Origin: an uncultured Gemmataceae bacterium
Lineage (GTDB): Bacteria > Planctomycetota > Planctomycetia > Gemmatales > Gemmataceae
Length of the DNA: 64,000 nucleotides
Assembly: GCA_963750165.1 (NCBI GenBank)
Contig: CAVVPN010000010.1
Location: 224,001-288,000, forward strand
Reading direction: 5' to 3'
The notes under the pieces: model-generated
What the model was told of the DNA's origin: nothing
Databases searched by the model: none
What the model saw: the letters and a program-made list of their open reading frames with translations, nothing else
Shown: in pieces, positions 59,390 through 64,000 of the stretch
Position numbering within the stretch: position 1 is the first letter of the stretch
How the letters are laid out: the number at the start of each line of letters is the position of its first letter
Position numbers and translations under genes: made by a program

Positions 59390-61654
59390 TCACGGAACCG
59401 CATCCAGTTCTTTCCTTGGCACAACAGGCTCATTCTCCCCCGTTCGGATCGAATGGCCTGTCTTCAGCCCAGCCACGAACCACACCAGGGCGACGGCTCC
59501 CAGGGCGAAGATGGTGTCGCCAGGTACACGCAGCCAGCGAAGAGTCTGCATGACCTCGGTGTGCATAAACTCTGGACTGCGAGCGTACCAGTAGCCTTTT
59601 TCGACCGAAGCCCAGGTCTGCATCAACCCGACCGGCAAGAGGCTGATGACGCACATCGCCATCAGGCCGATGTTCATGGACCAAAATGCGAACTTGAGAG
59701 TTCCTTCTTTCCACACGAGGCCCGGCAGAAGCGCCCGCAGGCACATGAGCATCAGGCCGATTCCCAGCATCCCGTAGACGCCGAAGAGGGCGGCATGGGC
59801 GTGTACTGGAGTCGTGTTCAAGCCTTGCATGTAGTAGAGGGCAATCGGCGGGTTAATCATGAAGCCGAACAACCCGGCCCCGACCATGTTCCAGAAGGCC
59901 ACGGCCACGAAGAAGTAGATCGGCCACTTGTACTTCTGGACCCAGGGGGTCGCTTTCGACATGCGCAGGTCTTCCAGGGCGGGATAGGCGACCAGAATCA
60001 GCGGCACGACCTCCAGGGCGCTGAACACCGATCCCCAGGCCAGCGCCACCGTGGGAGTCCCCGCAAAATACAGATGGTGCAGCGTGCCGATGATGCCGCC
60101 CGCCAGGAAGATCGTGGCCGACAGCAAGGAAGCCTGGGCAGCCAAACGAGGCGTGACCAGGTTGAGCCGGTAGAAGAAGAAAGCGATTACCGTGGTCGCA
60201 AAGACCTCGAAGAACCCTTCCACCCACAGGTGAATCACCCACCAGCGCCAGTATTCCACAATCGACAGATGGGTGTGCTGGCCCCAGGTGAGGCCGGCAC
60301 CGTAGAACAGGCCAATGGCGGTCGAGGCCATCAAGAAAATCAGGAGCAAGTGCCGCTGTTCGCCGGACTTCTTCAAGGCCGGAACGACCACTCGCACGAC
60401 CAGCGCCAACCAGAGCAGCAGGCCGACGAAGAGGCCGATCTGCCAGACCCGGCCCAGGTCGATGTACTCGTAGCCCTGGTGTCCGAAGTAGAAGGAGGCG
60501 CTCGGCGAGAGTTGGTTCTGGATGCTCAACCACTGACCGGCCATCGACCCGACCACGACCACCAGCAGGGCCACGAACAGGATGTTGACGCCGAGCCGCT
60601 GGCCGGCTGGTTCCGACCCGCTGACCAGCGGCCCAATGAACAGCCCAGCGGCGAGCCACGCCGTCGCAATCCAAAGCACGCCGAGTTGAAGGTGCCACGT
60701 CCGAGTCACGCTGTAGGGAAGCCATTTCGAGAGAGGAATGCCATAAAAGCCGTCGCCCTCGACCCCGTAATGAGCGGTGACGACGCCGAGCAGGATTTGC
60801 ACGAGGATCATTGCCGCCACGACCCAAAAATACTTGACCGTGGCTAGCTGTGACGGCGTGGCCTTCCAGCCAACGATGGGATCGGCTTCGGGAACCGGCC
60901 CCGTGGGGCGTTCCTGCGTTTGCGAGGCGTACCACCAAACCATCGCTCCGATCCCGGCGAGCAGCATGATGACGCTCACGCCGGTCCAGACCACGGCCTC
61001 GCCGGTCGGGCGATTGCTGACCAGCGGCTCATGCGGCCAGTTGCTCGTGTAGGAAAGGTCGGCCCCAGGGCGGTTGGTGGACGCCGCCCAGGAGGTCCAG
61101 AAGAAGAAAGCGGCCAACTGGCGCAGCTTGTCCGGGTCGCTCTGCGCTCCTTTGGGGATGGCATAGTTCGTGTTGCCGTTGCCGAACACGTCGGCGTAGT
61201 GCCGCAGGTTCGACTCGAACGCCCTGGCTCGCACCGGGTCCACGGTGATCGTATGCTTGGCGGGATCGAACGTGTTCGTGCGCATCAGGCGTTCAAGACG
61301 CTTCTGAAGTTGGGCTTGCTGTTCTGGCTCGATCTGGTCGTATTCCTTCCGGTAGGTCGCCGTGGCCCAATCGTTGAGGATGAACACGCATTCCCGGTGC
61401 AGCCAGTCCGCCGACCAGTCCGGTGCGACGTAGCTGCCGTGGCCCCAAATCGACCCAACCTCCATGCCGCCCATCGCCTGCCAGACGTTCTGCCCTTTCC
61501 CGATGTCGCCGCCTGGGATGACCACCTGGCCGTCCGTGGCGACGACTTGATCCGGGATCGGCGGCTGTTCCTGGTAGATGCGGGTGCCGACCCAGCCAAG
61601 AACGGAGAAGGAAGCCAGGACCACGATGCCAAAGGCCAGCCAGAGTTTCTTCAT
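59390..61654 (-). CDS. norB: Quinol-dependent nitric oxide reductase (qNor)
   Basis: GSIWGHGSYVAPDW, RTWHLQ, WVIHLWVEGFFE, GTLHHLY, HAHAALFGVYG; 754 aa. Confidence 0.96.
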   Translation of the reverse strand: MKKLWLAFGIVVLASFSVLGWVGTRIYQEQPPIPDQVVATDGQVVIPGGDIGKGQNVWQAMGGMEVGSIWGHGSYVAPDWSADWLHRECVFILNDWATATYRKEYDQIEPEQQAQLQKRLERLMRTNTFDPAKHTITVDPVRARAFESNLRHYADVFGNGNTNYAIPKGAQSDPDKLRQLAAFFFWTSWAASTNRPGADLSYTSNWPHEPLVSNRPTGEAVVWTGVSVIMLLAGIGAMVWWYASQTQERPTGPVPEADPIVGWKATPSQLATVKYFWVVAAMILVQILLGVVTAHYGVEGDGFYGIPLSKWLPYSVTRTWHLQLGVLWIATAWLAAGLFIGPLVSGSEPAGQRLGVNILFVALLVVVVGSMAGQWLSIQNQLSPSASFYFGHQGYEYIDLGRVWQIGLFVGLLLWLALVVRVVVPALKKSGEQRHLLLIFLMASTAIGLFYGAGLTWGQHTHLSIVEYWRWWVIHLWVEGFFEVFATTVIAFFFYRLNLVTPRLAAQASLLSATIFLAGGIIGTLHHLYFAGTPTVALAWGSVFSALEVVPLILVAYPALEDLRMSKATPWVQKYKWPIYFFVAVAFWNMVGAGLFGFMINPPIALYYMQGLNTTPVHAHAALFGVYGMLGIGLMLMCLRALLPGLVWKEGTLKFAFWSMNIGLMAMCVISLLPVGLMQTWASVEKGYWYARSPEFMHTEVMQTLRWLRVPGDTIFALGAVALVWFVAGLKTGHSIRTGENEPVVPRKELDAVP

Positions 61655-61743
61655 GGACGCACTTCCTTCGAGTACCCGAACTCGACTTTATCGGTGCTAT
61701 TTGAATGAGTACCGAACCGACCCGCACGAGCTACGCCCTTTGC

Positions 61744-62340
61744 TCAGGCCACGGAAACCAGCGCCGGGCTTTCCTGGTAGTGGCGGTTGATGAGGTCGTT
61801 TTGCAGCCAGAGCAACTTGCCAAAAGCCCGCAGCGTTCGGATTTCCTGCCCCCGCTCCAAGTTCAGGCTCAAAATCGTGTTGGTCAGGGCGTCGGCAACA
61901 AAGCCGAGCAGCGCATTCATTTGCACCAGGGGCACGGCGAGTTCTTTGGCCCCTGCCTTCGACGTGTGCATCTTCCCGACCGTATCGAGGTAGGCGACCA
62001 TCTTCTCGTCGTAGGGTTTGCTGACGAGTGCAGTCAGGTAGCGGGCAAGGTGTTCCTTCCGGTAGCGAATCATCTCGTGGTCTTGGGTCACTTCATCGAG
62101 AGATTTCGGCACGACCCCTTCGTAGCCGGTCTGCCGAGGGAGGAAATGTCTCCAGGTGGCGTCGTAGCGGTAAAGTTGATCGTAGACGGCATTCACCAGC
62201 GCTGGTACGACCGGGGCGAGGGCGGACGCAGCGGCATGAATCGCAGCGATGTCCTCCGCACCAAATCCGATGAACTCGGACGTGTACCGGAAGCGATAGG
62301 TGAGGTCCGACTCAAGGCGTTTTTCGTTGACGTGAATCAT
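61744..62340 (-). CDS. Protoglobin-like single-domain globin
   Basis: EFIGFGAEDIAAI, VNAVYDQL, YLDTVGKMHT (proximal His), KLLWLQNDL. Confidence 0.85.
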   Translation of the reverse strand: MIHVNEKRLESDLTYRFRYTSEFIGFGAEDIAAIHAAASALAPVVPALVNAVYDQLYRYDATWRHFLPRQTGYEGVVPKSLDEVTQDHEMIRYRKEHLARYLTALVSKPYDEKMVAYLDTVGKMHTSKAGAKELAVPLVQMNALLGFVADALTNTILSLNLERGQEIRTLRAFGKLLWLQNDLINRHYQESPALVSVA

Positions 62341-62387
62341 CGGTGTTCCTCCAGGACATTCGGGTTGACGGCGGGCAGCCAAAGCCG

Positions 62388-62415
62388 GATAATTGGATAA
62401 CGATGTCCAATTATC
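62388..62415. promoter_or_regulatory. Candidate Rrf2 operator (10-8-10 inverted repeat)
   Basis: GATAATTGGA-TAACGATG-TCCAATTATC in the divergent intergenic region. Confidence 0.7.
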
Positions 62416-62477
62416 GACTAGAATACCGTGGCCGAACTGGATGTCAAGGTCCAGTTTTGCCGGTCGAGGAAAAAATC

Positions 62478-62924
62478 ATGTTCTCGCAGACGGTCGAATA
62501 CGCATTGCGGGCCGTCGTTCACCTGGCGGATCAAGCGCCGTCTCCTCGGACCACCGAGCAAATTGCGACGGCGACTCAGGTGCCCAAACCCTATATGTCG
62601 AAGGTGCTACAAGGCTTGTGCCATGCCAAGATCGTGCAGTCGAAGCGTGGTTTGGGCGGCGGCATGGTCCTGACGAAATCCCCGTCCGATTTGACGATTC
62701 TGGAGGTCGTCAATGCGGTGGAACCGATTGGCCGAATTCGAGAATGCCCGCTCGGATTGACGGCCCACGGCGTCCGTCTGTGCCCATTGCATAAACGGTT
62801 GGACAGTGCTTTGGCGATGGTGGAAGAAGCATTTCGGCAAACGACCTTGGCCGAGATTCTGGCCGAACCGACCGAAAGTTATCCGCTGTGCGATTTTCCG
62901 GGCAGAATCAGCCTGAAGTCGTGA
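62478..62924 (+). CDS. Rrf2 family regulator
   Basis: SQTVEYALRA, SKRGLGGG, TILEVVNAVE, CPLG...LCPLH. Confidence 0.93.
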   Translation: MFSQTVEYALRAVVHLADQAPSPRTTEQIATATQVPKPYMSKVLQGLCHAKIVQSKRGLGGGMVLTKSPSDLTILEVVNAVEPIGRIRECPLGLTAHGVRLCPLHKRLDSALAMVEEAFRQTTLAEILAEPTESYPLCDFPGRISLKS

Positions 62925-62973
62925 CAGACGGCTGGGACAACCTGGCAGCGGCTACAAGTTGTGATGAATCGTT

Positions 62974-64000
62974 GTGAAATCCGTCGAACGAATCCTTGTT
63001 TTGATGGCAGTGGTCATCGCCGTGTCCCTCGGCCTTGCCGGTGAGAAACGTCCGCTCCGGGATGGCTCAGACCGCATGGCCTACCTGAACAACGGCATCA
63101 TCAAGGTCGGGGTGGACCTCGACAGGGGCGGGAGCATTGGCTTCCTCGCCGATGTCAGGAAGGGCGGCAACGTCGTCAACGTCCACGACCTGGGCCGGTG
63201 GATCGGCCAGTCGTACTACGCCGGCCCCAAGCCCTTCGGCACGGCGCACCCGGCCTGGAAGGACTGGCCCTGGAACCCGGTCAGCGCCGGCGACGTGTAC
63301 GGCAACGCCTCGAAGCTGGTCGAGAAGACGAACGACGGCAAGACGCTCTACGTCAAGTCGGTCCCGATGCAGTGGGCCTTGAAGAAGGTGCCGGGTGACT
63401 GCACCTTCGAGACGTGGATCACGCTGGAGGGCCGCAGCGTCCGGGTCTGCAACCGCCTGACGAACCAGCGGAAGGACCAGAAGCAGTACCCGGCGCTGGA
63501 CCAGGAGTTGCCGGCTGTTTACACCATCGGCAAGCTGCACCGTCTGATGACCTACACCGGCGACAATCCGTTCGCCGACAAGCCCCTCACGGAGATTCCC
63601 AGGCGACCGGCGAAGGACGGCAGGCCGCAGTGGGCGACGTTCTTCGCCACCGAGCATTGGGCCGCTCTCGTGGACGATGATGATTGGGGGCTGGGCGTCC
63701 TCCATCCCGATGTCGTTCGGTTCCTGGGCGGCTTCCACGGCAAGCCGGACACGGGTGGCCCCAACGACGATCCGACCGGCTACCTCGCCCCCGTGCGCCA
63801 GGAAATTCTCGACTACAACATCGTGTACGAATACCGCTACACGCTCGTCCTGGACTCCCTGGCGAACATTCGCCGGGAAGCCTCCAGGCAGCGTCCAAAA
63901 GTTGCGGTCCCGGACTACCGCTTTACGAAGGACCGCCAGCACTGGTGGCTCGTGAACGCCCAGGACACGGGCTTCCCGCTGAAGGATTGCTGGCGGCTGA
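62974..64000 (+). CDS. Secreted hypothetical protein, runs off the window
   Basis: Open frame from GTG 62974 to the end: MKSVERILVLMAVVIAVSLGLAG...YLNNGIIKVGVDLDRGGSIG...HDLGRWIGQSYY; absent from the ORF track because it has no stop. Confidence 0.8.
   Translation, partial: MKSVERILVLMAVVIAVSLGLAGEKRPLRDGSDRMAYLNNGIIKVGVDLDRGGSIGFLADVRKGGNVVNVHDLGRWIGQSYYAGPKPFGTAHPAWKDWPWNPVSAGDVYGNASKLVEKTNDGKTLYVKSVPMQWALKKVPGDCTFETWITLEGRSVRVCNRLTNQRKDQKQYPALDQELPAVYTIGKLHRLMTYTGDNPFADKPLTEIPRRPAKDGRPQWATFFATEHWAALVDDDDWGLGVLHPDVVRFLGGFHGKPDTGGPNDDPTGYLAPVRQEILDYNIVYEYRYTLVLDSLANIRREASRQRPKVAVPDYRFTKDRQHWWLVNAQDTGFPLKDCWRL

Noticed and set aside
59390..61654. NO dismutase (Nod) rather than qNor
   Set aside because: The canonical HLWVEGFFE, HH and HAH ligand motifs are intact, as in ordinary qNor.

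Overview
High-GC bacterial DNA. The gene content (DUF1501, DUF4058, WD40 and PQQ propellers, PDZ-M28 peptidases, many REP-like palindromes) points to a planctomycete, probably Gemmataceae-like (inference). Bases 1-42.2 kb are mostly backbone: thrS, transketolase, CbiE/T, 2-oxoacid dehydrogenase E1a/E1b/E2, and an OxyR-like LysR facing a di-heme cytochrome c. Small accessory inserts sit within it: a PARIS-like ABC ATPase/TOPRIM pair, a 123-bp MITE, and a GrrM/OscB-type radical SAM RiPP cluster whose precursor has a twin-arginine leader and nine F-x-N motifs. From about 42.3 kb to the end lies a probable genomic island with a tyrosine integrase, two excisionase-like genes, IS3, IS630, an ArsR/rhodanese/CoA-persulfide reductase operon and an Rrf2/globin/qNor/hemerythrin NO cluster. 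Top leads: (1) a 59-codon membrane micro-protein missing from the ORF track, with an in-frame TGA, a SECIS-like hairpin and a U-x4-C motif (candidate selenoprotein, 52900-53079); (2) the Tat-leader poly-cyclophane RiPP system (31537-33931); (3) a tRNA-Thr anticodon-mimic hairpin in the thrS leader. Three genes have -1 frameshifts in short G/C runs, probably sequencing errors. No rRNA, tRNA or CRISPR array was seen. Family assignments come from motif recognition, not database searches.
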